Source: Bilabrum cf. latius
Lineage: Eukaryota
Reading direction: 5' to 3'
Length of the DNA stretch: 64,000 nt
Assembly (NCBI GenBank): GCA_965178125.1
Contig: OZ237749.1
Location: 186,001 to 250,000 of the forward strand
The notes beneath the pieces were generated by a model. It had not been told where the DNA came from, searched no databases, and saw nothing but the letters and a program-made list of their open reading frames with translations. Positions 12,835 through 26,400 of the stretch are shown here, in pieces. Within the stretch, counting starts at the first letter, position 1. Each line of letters begins with the position of its first letter. The position numbers and the translations under genes are program-made.

Positions 12835-15800
12835 TCACGAATACTCGGGATTCTGGTGCACCTCGTACCCTGGCAGGTCGGCGAGCACGTTGCCTGCGAG
12901 CAGCGCATCCGTGTACGACACGGAGGTATACCTCGCTGAAGTTTGCCTTGCATCAGGAGCAACGGATCGCCGATGTGCATATCGCCTCCGGAGGCTGCGA
13001 GAGCAAGGGGGGCAACCAACGTATCGAGGCAGGGACGCATGATGCTGGGTGAAGTGCAGCCGCATTGAGCCAGGGGAAGGGCCGGAACGGCCCGGGCATG
13101 CACACCGCACTTTGCTTCATAGTCCATGCTCGCCCGAACAGGCATGCTGCCTTCGACGCGTAGGCATGTGCCATTGCGCATCCCAGCAGCACTACACTCT
13201 CTCACTCTTTGGCATCCTGCTCTTCCTCTGAGAGAGTCTGGGGACACGTGGCCTCTTCCAGGGCAACGTAGCACCTGCGAATACCTGCGATCAGCGCGCC
13301 GAGCATTGCAGCGAGCAAACATACAATCAGCGGCAGCATGTGTCCCTTGGTCAACCGCTTCACCACAGAGAACATGCCGGGTGCATCGGCTGGCTCGGCA
13401 CTGGTCAGGAGTGCAAGCACGCTCTCGGCGTCAATGGCGCTGCTGCTATCAAAGATGCTAGAGGAAAGCGCCCAGGTGCTGAATCCTACGCGGCCCACCA
13501 ATGCAGTGACTAGGAATGGCACGAATGCGCGAGGCATAGTCCCATCCCAATGCCAGGTCGATCTGTACACCCGACAGATAAACGCCTTGTCGAGCCAGAA
13601 CGCAAGTATGAAGTTGGCCAAGGCAAACCAATTCAGCAGGGGAAGCACACCTCCGAACATGACAGCCACAAACGTCGTGTTGGTCAGATGGGCGTATCTC
13701 GCAGGCAGATCGATGGCTGGCCCGATATACAGCAGGTCCAGCTCTCGCTGAGATTCGAAGGGCTCGGCACCTGACCGGTGCCGCAGCAACCGCACGTGAT
13801 TCAAACAGAGTTGCAAAACAGGGACGAACCACGCGCTCAGTGTGTCGAGCAGCATGACTGCTTGCAGCGTGGCGCCTACGTGCCGGTACCATCCAGCCTC
13901 CACATCGCGGAACCCTTCCCCTGGCCAAACGGAACCAAGGCCTAGAGTAGAAGCGTATTGCCTTGATGCATTAACCAGTACTAGTGTACAGCAGGTATTT
14001 ATAATTTGTGTCCACGCGACTCTCTGAAACACCCTCGTTTTCATCTCAGAGATGAAGTGGGGCCGCTCCCAGGATGCCAGTCGTTGCGTGAGCTGCTGCA
14101 GGGCGACGTTCACGAACACCAGAACAAGGACCACAATGGCTCGCATTGCGGTCGCGGCGGATGATAGAGGAACGTAGCGAGCTGACTCAATTGTCGTTGA
14201 TGTTCCTGCGTCGACGCCGCTGGCCCCAGTGCCAGGCACCGACCCCTCCTCTCCTCCTGCAAGGCCTGGTGCAATCGCGTTTCGTTGCTTGACCCGGTTC
14301 TCAGTATGATGCACGCTCGCATGAATGAACACGACCACTACAGACAACATCATCAGGGCAGCATTCGCTAGACAAGAAACTCCTGCCCGCCTGCAGCGGG
14401 TGCCGGGCTGCACTGCGATGTTGTACCAGAGCACTTCGCTGGGAGGCGGCGCGCGCTGGATGTCCATGGCAACGGACTTGCGGAGCCTCCTACTGGCAGG
14501 GGTGCAACACGAATAAGAACAACATGCGCATGCTCCACCTTGAGAGCTCTGCGAGGGTTAAGTTGGACGCAGTGACGAACAGTGGATGGTCTCGGTCCTA
14601 CTTTGAGAGATTTGCTACCGCTGCAAAAGGTTCACACAGGTGACACGCAGCGGCAAGAAGGCGGGCCCACCAGGAGCTTGCCAGGGTATATTCTTGGTTT
14701 CTCTCACCTTGAGAACTCGACTAGCATCGTGCTCCTGGTTGAAGGTCACAAAGGCGACGACTGCATCGGTCCCGAGCTGGTTCGCTAGGACGTCCTCTTG
14801 GCATCTCTTGGCGTCCTGCACGAGCTGCTACCTCCTGTTCCAGAGAGATACGGCATAGTCTTGTTCCTCCTGCGGGAGCTGGTCAACTCCTAGCTGCCAC
14901 GCTAGAAGCCGAACTTCTTGCTGTAACTTGCTTAAGGCATGGACACTCGCTTGAGCCTGGGCCACCGCGTCTGCACCTGTAGCTTGATCGCTTGCGACTG
15001 GGAGAGCCGTTTGGCGCATTGCACCCGCAGAGCTAGATGCTACTACACTCTTCTCTTTACCCAGGGTTGAATCGCCGTTCACTTGATTACTGCCGAGAAC
15101 CCCATCGGCGGCACCGTGCCGGTGCTGGAGCTGCGAGGGTTCTTCAGGGGCAGCGGCCCTCCGCGCTTTGTGCGCCATGCCTCCGAGCCGCTCCTCGATG
15201 GATTCAATGTCTTGTAGCAGATTTCGCCGCGCTGCTGCTTGCCGCCAAAGATCGCCGAAGTCATACGCGATGGAGACCCGAGCTGGCCTGACGCCGTGCT
15301 GCGACTCAAAGTGCTCGGACAGCTCTGCCGCGGTGGCATCGCGGGGTGGATTCTATACAATCAGCGTGTAGTTTGATGCTGTTCTGTGCATGGCATCAAA
15401 CTCCTTCTTCTCAACTCCCAGCGATTTGGACAAGATGCACGCACTACAAGCAACTGCCATACAGCAGAGCGCCTCGAGGAGGGCAGCTAGCATGCCGATC
15501 GACTGCAGCGACATCATGCCTCCTCCCTACAGATAGACCACCGCTGATCCCTTGGTAATTCCAGTGTATCCGATGCTTGCAGGTGTTGTTCGAACCAGCC
15601 ACGGAGGGCTAGCAAGCGAGCAGGCCGCACTCGAGTTCGTCGAGACGTTGCGATGCAACGCGCTGCACAGCCCCTCCGGCTGCATCGCTGCCAAAGAATA
15701 TACGCACATGATTGGCATTGATAAGATACATAGCGCCAATGCCAGGTAGGCAAGCAATTTGTCAAGCTTCAGCAGGGCTGACAGGCCAGGGCCGAACCGG

Positions 15801-16084
15801 TCCAGGTCGGAAGCCTCTCCCCCGCCGCATGGGTCGCAGCTGCGACAGCAGTTGGGCCAGCAAAAGCGCCCAGTGGTTGAACCATACACAGAGAATGCTA
15901 CAAATTTCCCTTGGCCATCCATCTCTCGCGGATGATACATGTCTCGTACCAATGCCGCTGCCGGCTCGCTTGGCGGCGTCCAGTTCTGAATTCTCTTCAA
16001 CAGGCTATTTCCCGAGCGATTGAGAGCTTCTGACCACTGAAATCGACTATTACAGCTGGGCGTCAACCCGCATATCGACTGCAT
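12835..16084 (-). CDS. TMC/OSCA(CSC1)-like multi-pass membrane channel, multi-exon
   Basis: AFVTF and RAPPPSEVLWYN (OSCA-type), FGPGLSALLK, SQRELDLLYIGP..LPARYA, many TM helices, C-terminal YEVHQNPEYS-TGA. In-frame TAG 14828. The apparent TGA at 13202 lies in a GTGAG donor site. Exon boundaries are not all resolved. Confidence 0.72.
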
Positions 16085-16458
16085 TCTTGAAATAACCTTC
16101 CCAGCGTGGTTCTATGTGCCGGCGGCATCAGCACGAATCGAGGTGGCTGACGGAAGCCTGCCGCTGTCCCTCTTCATAGACGCAACAGCTTTGTGGACCA
16201 GAAGTAAAGCAGTTCGACGCTGTTTGTACCTGTTATCAATTCTAGCTTGAAGGTCTGGATCATCCCGAATTGGGTCCCGTACGTTCGACTACTGCTCGCT
16301 TTCGGCTGACAAGATCATGGAAGAATTACCACGAGGAAAGAACGAAAAAATGAGACTGTTGCAAATTAAGTTTTCGTTTCTTCAGATCTCTGAAGTTAGC
16401 CCCCTGGGCGCGGTTCGCATGCCAAAATTGTCGAGACGAGCGCTCTCGGTCGCCTACT

Positions 16459-17171
16459 TTGACTCCGAATTATTGGTGTGCCGTCGGGGTGCTTGATTGC
16501 CACTTCGATCTGGAGGTGCGGAAGGACGTACACAGTCTGCATTGCAATGCAGGGGCCTTGCAATCGTCATACCACCAAGTGCCCGATGGCAACTTGCTGT
16601 CTACGGGGCAGGTGCTGCGAGCCGGGGCCGCCTCGAGGGCGGGCGAGGAGGACGCGGCCGAGCGGCTCATGCAGGGAGACCGCAACCTGGTGGTGCACCG
16701 AGGGGGCAAGGCGATGTTTACAACCAACACGAAGGGCAAGGGTGCCGAGGGGAAGTGCGCACTCGTCATCACGGCGGACGGGTGCGACTCGGACACCCAG
16801 GGCGACGTGGCCATCAAGGACAGCGCCTCCGGGCAGCACATCTGGCGGGCCCCTGCCTCGCTGATGGACCCGGTCTGCGGGGTCGGAAGACTTGGACAGT
16901 CCTGACGACGACGAGACCTTCGACAATGGTCGCAAGTCCGCGGCACTGCAGGGGCGGCTCCGAGTTGCTGCGACCCACAGGCACTTGCCAAACGACCTGC
17001 TGCCCGGGGGGGGGGCACTCTCTGTGGGACTCCGAGGTGCTGGCCGTGGGGCAGTCGCCGTACCAGAGTTGGGACAATGCCTCTTTGACGGTAAAGGACA
17101 ACTCCAACGTTGTGCTAACGAGCTGTGACGGACCACACCTTGACGTCGATGAATCGCTGAAGCGCGCTTAG
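16459..17171 (+). pseudogene. Bulb-type (B-type) lectin-like fragment, frame-disrupted
   Basis: LMQGDRNLVVH..MFTTNTKG and LTVKDNSNVVL resemble the QxDGNLVL repeats of bulb lectins. They lie in different frames, there is a TGA at 16903 and no clear start. A G10 run near 17006 could be an assembly error. Confidence 0.4.
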
Positions 17172-17490
17172 CACACTGCCCACCGAACAGGCGGCGAGAT
17201 CAACCCAGCTAGAAATAATTGTTATGAGGGAGAAAAAAACGAACGAATGAATCCTGATTCCAAAGCAATATCTCGTTTTTCTTTTCGAACGAACGTTCGA
17301 CTATGGTTCGGTATCCGTACCCCCTCGGCCCAAACAGCATGAGCCGATTGGGGCAAACTCGAGTGCACAGACTGCCACACCACAGGTGTGTATCGAGTTA
17401 TCTTGAAGGTTCTTAGCTTTCCTCTGACAGTAGCACTAATCAGGTCGAACATAAGTCAAGATAAGGGCACTGAGCGGCCAGTTTCGACAA

Positions 17491-20400
17491 ATGTAGAAAG
17501 ATGGCCTCGTTGCTTCTTTGCCTTCAACATAGGCTCAAAATCTCCTTCAAGTGGCCGCCAAACGCAAGCGATTAGAAGTTTCGCTTGATGACGCTCTAAC
17601 AACGGCGAAGAAGGATGACTTTTTGCGCTGTGGATGCGTTCCAACACTGCCTTCTCTAAGACGCGACCCGACAAGCGCATTGTCATACCTCTCTCTGCTG
17701 TACAATAACATGATGGGTAAGAAAGCAAGACTTGTATACTTCTACGCTACAGTAAGACCGCACATTCTCTGCCAATACCATATATCTTCATTGAATTGCA
17801 GGTTCAAAGGCGAGCAAGCTTGTTGCATCGTCCGCGAGCTGCCCGTTCGCGTGCAGCCAGTGCACCCCGATCTCGACATCATTCAGTCCTTTCTTTCGCC
17901 TGATTGGGGTTGCTCTGATACTGATTGTTGCCTCTGTAAGCCTTCCGGAGCAGCATCTGGTTGTGTTTCCTGCCGAACACTTGGAGGAATGGGGAGATGG
18001 CGGCCGGCCAGCCAGCGTGTTCGCACTCACCAGCGCCCTGGCACTGGCTGTTAGCGTAATAATGCTTTGGATTTAGTGGCCCTTCTTGGCTTTGGATGGG
18101 CTGATGAGCAAGACAACAGGAGGGTACACGAGGAGGGTTGCATCGGCGGCGGGCTGGCGGTCAATGGTGCGGTGCTGCTTCAACGAGCCTCCCACAGGGC
18201 AGGCCAGGACGATATGTGGCCTGCACTGGCTCTATTATCCCCTCATGCTGGTGGTCGTGGCCGGTCCAGGAGTCGCTGCTGGGATCGACGTGGCTCACGG
18301 CTATCCAGGAGGGGGTGTGACGATTGTGGCTGTGCTCTGGCCCAGCATCTCGATCGCCTTCTCCTTCGCGAGCTCGGCCACGATCCTGTACCTGTACCTG
18401 GCCCAGGCGGTCCTCTACCTGGTCTGGTGCATGGTGTACGCGAACGAACGCGGCATCGGCGGGTGGGGCACTGCCACAGGGGCCAACATCGTGGGGATTG
18501 CAATGGCCCTCGTTTAGACGGGCCTGCCCCTTGTTCTGCTAGCGGGAGTCGTCAGCTACGACCAGGAACTTAGCATGAAGCACGCCAGAAGGACGGTGCG
18601 CAAGGCATACGGGGTGGCTCGCAGCGCTGGCAAGTACCACGCGGCCCTCTCCAAGATGATCAAGCGGTCCATGCCCCGCTTCGCACTGCGGTCGCTCGCG
18701 GTCGGGGCCCGTGCCTTCGAGGCCGAGTCGTGCTTCGTCGCGATCCGGGTGCACATCACCGACGGCACGGGCCTCGTGGGTGCACTCGAGAACCCGCTCG
18801 CACTGGGGCGGGCCTTCAGCGTGATTGACTTTGTGACTTCGAGGCATTCCGGCGTGGAAAAGATCCAGGCAGATGGATTCTCGTGGCTGGGAGCAGCCGA
18901 CATTGAGACGCCGTACGAGACTCATGAGGAGAGGAACCGTCGCAAGGCGGAGAAGCAGCGCCGCAAGGCTGCCAGGTAGGCCAAGGAGGCACAGCCAAGG
19001 GGCGCCGCCTCTACCACGGACTCGTCTCATGCCGGTGAAACGACACCGAGAGTAAGCTACCAGACCGATGGCGGCGAGGAGGAGGCAGCGGGCGGTGAAT
19101 CCAGGGGATCTAGCCGCAATGATGCAGGCAGCAGCGAAGGCCGATCGACTGCGAGCAAAGGCAAGTCAAGGAAGAGGGTAAGCACCAAGGCGGAGTCTGC
19201 TGCCAAGGCCGTCATCGTCGCGATCGATGCCGCGGTCACAATGCAGCAGGTCTTCGCGGTGCTCTCCTCCAGCGGTTACTTTGGTGACGGCACCACGGTT
19301 CGGCTCTCTGTCGGCATCAGCGGGGGAGCCGAGGTGGTGATTGGGTTCATCGGCTCTGACGTCAGCGCCCACTCGTGGACCGCTGTCGGCGACTCTGTGA
19401 GCGAGGCCCGCACCCTGGCCGGCCTGATGCCAGCCAAGATCAGGGTGGCTAGCAGCGCCCTCAAGCACCTCTGGGACCTTGACCGGTGGCTGCCCAAGAA
19501 AGACCTCGACATGCATTCCATGTCGCTCTCCTCGAGGGGCTCAAGCAGCGGCGGAGACTAGCACGGAATGAATCCGTTGCGGTTCTCAGCAGGTACCCAG
19601 CACACGCGCAGCACCGGGTCCTCGAGCTCGGACCCGGAGCAGTCCTCCACCATGGACCGAGAGCGCATCCAGCTCAGGTCAGCCGGCAGGGCCTTCATGC
19701 GGCTGCTGCAGCAGAAGCCGATGCCTGCTGCTTAGCTGCAGGGGGAGGAGACTATCAGCAGCGACTGGTACGTCAGCTTTCCCTCGGCTGCCGACGCCGG
19801 ACTCATGCAGCCAGCCAAGGGTGTGGTGGGCCAGACCGTTGTCAACGCGATGAAGGTGTCGCCGACATCAGCGTTGAACGGCGAAGGCAGGAGAGCAACC
19901 AGCTTTGATTCGTCCGCGAGCAGCGGCGTGCGGCGGAAATCCAGCTTGGGGTCGTCACGAGGGGCATCCCGCGCTTCGCGTTCCGATGCTGCGGCCAAGT
20001 CAAAAGCAGCTTCACCTAGCTAGTCGCAAGCGACAGGAGGCAGTGATCGGGCTGGAAGCGAGTCTCGGCCCAGCGGAAGCATGCACCACTCTATGTCAGG
20101 AAGTCGCATGTCGCTCGGCCAGCTCTCTTTGTCCGGCACAGTCGCTTCTGACGCCCGTAGCTCGCTGCGGGATGCCATTCGGTATTCGATCGATCCGCAT
20201 GGAGACAGTCTCCACTCGATCGCGGGCGACGTTGCCAGCTCGCGCTCCAACTCGCAGTCTGCCAGCATGTCGAACGAAGGAGACAAACAGGCCAAGTCAT
20301 TCTCGGTAGACCAGCTGCGGTAGACGCGCCGCAAGCGCAGTGGGGACGCGCTCAAGCCAGTGCTCCTGGCATTGCAGTACATATGTGAAATGGTAGACCG

Positions 20401-23400
20401 CTTCGAGACGTACCAAGCAGTCCGGTCCTTCTCGCGGGAGGCCTCCCGACTCGAGTCTGCAAGCCTGCACAGCACCCAGGAGGGCGGCCCTATTCCTGGG
20501 GATCAAGCGGAGCAGTGCCAGGAGGAGGCTCTAGTCATGCAGTACGTGAACGCCCCTTCCATTGCGTCTGCTCTGGTGGCAGAGCACGTTGAGAGGGTGG
20601 AGGCATTGCTTGGGACAGGAGAGGGGGAGCAGCTCACCGGATTCAGTGGGAGCAGGAAGCGTCGCAGTGCCAGCGGGCAGGACCGCTCGTCGTCTGACGT
20701 GAGCAAGCCATCGAGCACATCAAGCGACCCATCTGGGCTGTCTTCCAGCAGCCCATCGGCGACTAGCTCGGGTTCGTCCGGCTCTGGCTCTGGTAGTGGC
20801 ACATCTTCAGACGAAGGATCTGATGACAAGGGCAGCTCCTCTGACCAGGGCAGCGACGACGAAGGCCCTGACGTGGACGACGATGATAATGACGAGCAAA
20901 TGGCAGGCCTTGGAAGCAGTGCCAACGGGCTCGATGGAAGCGACGCGATTGGCAAGGTGAACGAAAAGCAAGTGAAGCGACTGGCACGAGCCCTAGGAAC
21001 GAGGCTAGGGGCGCAAGCCCTTATGCTTGGGCTGCTTGCCCCGGAGTCTGCAGAGGATGCCTCGCAGACGATCGCTGCCGATCATGTCCCAGCAGCGACG
21101 GCGATCCTCCCTTCAGCTGCGAAAGTGAAAAAGATCGTCCAGCAGCAGCCTGTTTTGGCTGAAGTCACGGCTGGCCGAGCTGCGGGAACGCCCGCCAAAT
21201 CCGTAGTCGCTATTGCCAAGACGAAGCTTTTCCCACGGAAATAGGAATTTCTCCAAGGCTTCGTATCGTCCTGGAGTTTCGGGTTCGGGCTTGGTTTGGC
21301 GGGGGTCGTGGTTTCTGGCCTAAGGCTGTGGCGGCTGTACCAGGTCTCCGAGATTGCCACTGGCTCGGGAGTCACAAGCGCATTGGCGCTATTGCCTCTT
21401 GTTGTCTCGGTGCTGATTGCAGTCGCGTGTGCCGCGGTTCAGATTTCTGCTGCTTGCTCTATTCCGATATCTGACAGTGACAGCGAGGACAGCACTGGCA
21501 GTGGAGGAAGCAGCGTCTCCAACAAGACGGCGCAGCACACTTGGGCGATCATCAATCTGGTGGCATCCGGCGTGCTTGCATCCGCTGTAGCGACTAGTCA
21601 GGTTGGAGTTGGCCTGAATTCGGATTACTGCGGCATCCTTCTTGTGTCAGACTCCGCAGGACTGATGTTCCTGTCGCTGTACGCCGTTGCTGCCGTCTTG
21701 TGTTTCTCTCCAGACCTCAACGAGGGCTGGGAGGCCAAGAACTTCAAGCTAGGCCTTTACCTGCTGCTGGCGTTTGCCACTGGGTGCATGGTCGTGATTG
21801 TGCGGCAGGTGTTGCTAGCTGCTCAAGATGATGGGGCTTGTCCTGCATTTGAACCTAGCGGCTGGAACCGCGCAGACTCTGTATGGACCGGTATACTAGA
21901 CGGAGTCCGGATCGGACTGTTACCGATCCTTGCTGCACTCCCCCGCCTAGACCGCCGCAACACCAACCACCGTATCGCGTGGAGGCTCTTGCAGTCGTTC
22001 GACCTGGCTTTGGAAGCTGTTTTGCTCAGGGCAGAAAAGCTCGATCGCCTGCTGCGCCACATGGTCCCCAAGGTGATCCTTGCAGAGACGGCCCGCCTGC
22101 GCGGTGCCATGCCGAATCTCGATAGGGACGACGAAGCGGATTCGGATCGACAGGCGATGATAATCTCAAAGCAGCTAGTCTCGCGCTCTGAAAACACCGT
22201 GGCGGTAGCTTTCCGTTTTCAGGCGTCGTCGAGCCTGGTCTCGTTGATAGGGCCGACCAGTCTATTTCGGATCCTGCGCGAGCTAGGTTCCATTGCCGAG
22301 TCGGCGTGTTCCAGGCGTGGGGGTCGCAGGGTTCGCTTGACGCAGCAATACCTGCTGATGGCATTCGGCGTGGACCAGGAGGATGCTGACGCCACTGCGC
22401 ATGAAAACATCCTGCAGACTGCCATCGATAAGGCCAAGGCGAGACAGGCTGCGAAAAGCGCTGCTACAGGGCATGCCAGCGCAGATTCCTCCACCAAGTC
22501 CAGCGACAGAGCATCCGATCAATCGGCCGGTCGGAGTTCTCAGGAGCTCGTTGATGCTGACTCCGACTCGATCGCTTCGAACCTCATCTGGAGGGGCTTG
22601 CTCGGAGCCTCTGATGCGTTCGCAGCCTTGCATGTTTTGAATGCGCGCCTGGGTATCACAATCTCCGTCTCCGCCGCTGTGGAGCATGGTCCTGCCGTGC
22701 TTGCGATTGGAGGCAGCCAGAGCGCTGCGTGGGACATGTTTGGAGACGCCAGCGACGCGGCGCTGATTGTCGGCGCGCGCGTGGCCTAGGAAGGCCCATC
22801 CAACAAGAACTGCATCGGTATCAGCACCCAGACGCTCGAGAAGGTCACAAAAGATTCGCCAGAAGTCAACTTTGCATTTGACCAGACCCTCACTTCAAAG
22901 CCTCGCGGCCTGCCTCTCGCGATGTTGACAGGATCCAGTCCATCAGCTCAGATGAGCCTGCAAGCCACCCGTGGGTACGGCACTGCCAGCGACCACACGA
23001 GAGCCGGTCCACTGTCGCGCGACAGCAGCCTGATGGGCACTTCTGGTGCCCGTAGCGGCAGTCGGATGTCGTCATCGGATGCTGGGAAGCAGTCTACAAG
23101 CGGCGGCAAGCGCGAGATGTCTGTGAGTAGTAGGGGCACCAGCAATTCGTTTGGGTTGCATCAGGCCCTGCAAACGATCCACGTAGCCAGCTGGTCCTCG
23201 TAGACGCACAGGTGGATGCTGCGCTGTGCTATGATGGCAGCGAGCGCAAGCGCAGGGAACAGCAGCGCTGCTGGGGCAGGTCTCGCTCCTGGAGAGCAAG
23301 AGCGGCGGGCCTCAGACGAATCGAATGACGACTTGATCGTCGTGCCGGTGCCCCGCGCTGATCAGATCGACGCCGACGATCTCCCAGAAACCATTTCGAT

Positions 23401-26400
23401 CCGTAGGTCCATGGCCATGCAGCTTGCCTCCTTGGGCTAGATAGATGCGGAGGCACTGGTTCTTCTTGGCGGCCGGTTGCGAGTCCGGGAGTCGTGCGAC
23501 GAGGACACTGAGCAGCACGTCCTGTCGTCCACTCTGTCCCTAGTGGGCGAAGCCACGCGGTCTCCCGCCGCTGTGGGCGTGAGCGTGTACGACTTGAACG
23601 ACTCGTCTATGGAATGTGTCTTCTACTCTGGAGACATGCGCCGGATGCTGGGCGGTGCCTCCATGGAAGGCCGCTCAGCGCAGTGTTTCGTGCATCCGGC
23701 TGACTGGAAGCTCATATCGAAGAGAATCATGGGTGCAATGTAGAAACCCAAGTCGAAGCGAAAAGAAGTCGATCAGAGCACGGAGGAACAGGACCAGCAG
23801 GCAGCTAAAGTAGTCAAGTACAGCTACAGGGTGCGCTGTGGGTTCGTCCCTCACGACAAGCTAGTCAAGTGGACGGGCTGGGGGAAGGACTCAAAGAGCC
23901 TGCGTAGGTTTGCAGCCGTCAAGAACATCATGAGCTGTCATCAAATGCAAGAGCGCATGAACACGGCGGGTGCATCGCCCGACAGCGACGCTGAGGATGT
24001 GGTGGACGAACGAGGCGGCATGCTCCCTGTGTGGCGTTGGGTAGAGAGCGTGCAGACCACGTTTCCTGAGGTTGGAATCGCAGCCTGCATCACCCGGTCT
24101 GTGCATATCGACTACCGCAACCTTGAGAAGTAGCACAAGATCAGGAACTAGTTTTACGTGGCGGCAAGTGTGGATGAGGTGGACGTGCTGCTGCATGCAG
24201 CTCGCAACGTGGCAGGGATTGGGGAAGCAGAGGCACAAGTTCTTGCTCCAAGTGACGCTCTCACCATGCCTGATCAGGCAATTGACAGGCAGCCTCGGAC
24301 GTCCATTTCTTCGACCAGCACTGCCGGTTAGACAGGCGATATGTCCAGGGCGATGAGGGCGTTCATGTCGCGCAGACGCGCGGCGCTCGCGCGCAGCCTT
24401 CGAGTACTTCGACCACCCATGTCATTTGCAGAGTTCAAGATGGTGCGACTGCTCGGCCGCGGTGCGTTCGGCTCTGTGTATCAGGCGTGCCACTGTCCCT
24501 CTGGCCGTGACGTGGCCGTGAAGATCTTCAGGACCAAGTCGGTCAGGAGGAGGCATCTACGGGCTGAGCTGTACAGCCTGAGCGTGCTGCCGAAGCATCC
24601 AAGCCTGCTGGAGTATTTCTGCTGTGTGTCGAGCTCTTCGCGCATTTACCTTGTCACTGAGTTCATCGATGGCCCATCCCTCGGCTCCCTGCTCAGCAAC
24701 GGGGGCCGGCTCAGCGAGGAGGCACTCAGGGTGCTCCTTGCTCAACTTCTGGGCGCCATCGGTGCCGCACACTCGAAAGGAATCGTGCATCGGGACTTGA
24801 AGCCTGCCAACATCATGATGCTAGAGTCAGGCATTCCCAAGTGCATCGACTGGGGTCTGGCAGATTCGATCGGCTGGAAAGAAGCCTCAACTGACGATGC
24901 GCAGCAGCAGTTGCAGGAGCAGCAAAACGTCGATCAGGGCGGCTCTTCCATCAAGCATAGCGCGTCAGTGTCAACGATCGGCACGATGGTGAGCGCTGCA
25001 ACGTCTGCCCGATCCTCAGATTCTGCCAGTACCAGCTAGACCAAAGCCAAGGCAGCCGCGGCAGTTGACAAGGAGCAGGAGGAGAGAGACAGGCAAACGG
25101 GCGTTCGTCTGTCCAAGGAGTTTAGGAATACCGCCGGTCGCAATAGCCTGGCTACGCTGCTTCAGTCCCTGTCTCCCTCCATGAGCCACAGCGTCGGTGA
25201 CAGGGAAAGGCTCTTTACGCGAACGTACGGCGGCGCCTTGTCGCAGACCGAAGTAGCTAGGCAGTGGGCGTCATAGCGGTGCATTGGAGAAATGAACGCG
25301 CTGTGGGCCTGTGGTGTGGCTCAGGTGCAGCTTCAACAGGCATCGGTGATTCTCTTTGACATTTCGGATTCGCCCCAGCCGATCACGCTTGGGAGGCAAG
25401 GCCACGGTATCAACTCGAGCCAAAGCCAGAGCGGTACAGATGATGGCCAAGCGCAGGCGGCTGCCTCAGGTGCCGGCGTATCCCGCAGATCGACTGATTC
25501 GTTTCTTAAATGGACACCCCCTGTGGTCGCCAACGAGACAGTGGACCGAGAGTGTGATGTCTACGATTTCCTGGCGACCGATGACCGCTTGTCTATCAGC
25601 GTGGTCCGTACACTTGACACGCTCCGCAATGCCATGAAGAAGGACGGCTGGATGTTTGACCTCTGCATCGTGGCAGACATCCCGTCTGCGTAGGTCGCAC
25701 ACGCAGTGTGCCGCAAGGTGGCGGGTGCTCACCTGGCCTGGAAGCGACGTTTTTCGAACCAGCTGCACCGACGCACTCGCAGTTCGTCCGGGCGAATGTC
25801 TCGTGACGGGAGTCGAGACGCTAGCGGCGGAGGAAAGGATAGCGTGGGCGATAGCGGCGATTCGAGTCATCCATCCGCTTCCAAGAAGGGTATTCGAGGC
25901 TCGCGCAAGGCATAGCAGACGAAGGGAGGCGGCCAGCTGGCTCCTGCAGTCGTGTTCGTGATGAAAGAAGGTGCTAGTGAGGAAGAGCGCGTGCGGACAC
26001 TAAACGCGGTATCAAGGTACAAGTTCTCGATCGTGCTGCCGTTCCGTTCGACACACCTCCGCTTCGAGGACTTCTTGTCGCAGCGCGCTCTTCGGCGGTC
26101 GGCCGCTCTCATGCAGCACGACGTGCTGGTGGACTCGCTGCTCGATAGATACAGGGAAACGCTCGGAGTGCCCAGAGAGTTCACCCGGAGGGCGTTCCTG
26201 GAGAACAAGGAGTCAGACGACTCGGAGGAGGTGGTGACGGCAGCCCCCGGCTCGCCCCTGCCTGTTGTGTTCGAGGATCCGTCCTCGGACTCAAGCACGC
26301 CCGCAAAGCAAGCAAGCGGTAGCAGCGTCGTGCCTGCGCTGGCACCGCTGAAACCTGCACTGCGAGGGAAATCCTTTATCGCCCGAAGGTCTGCTCGCAA

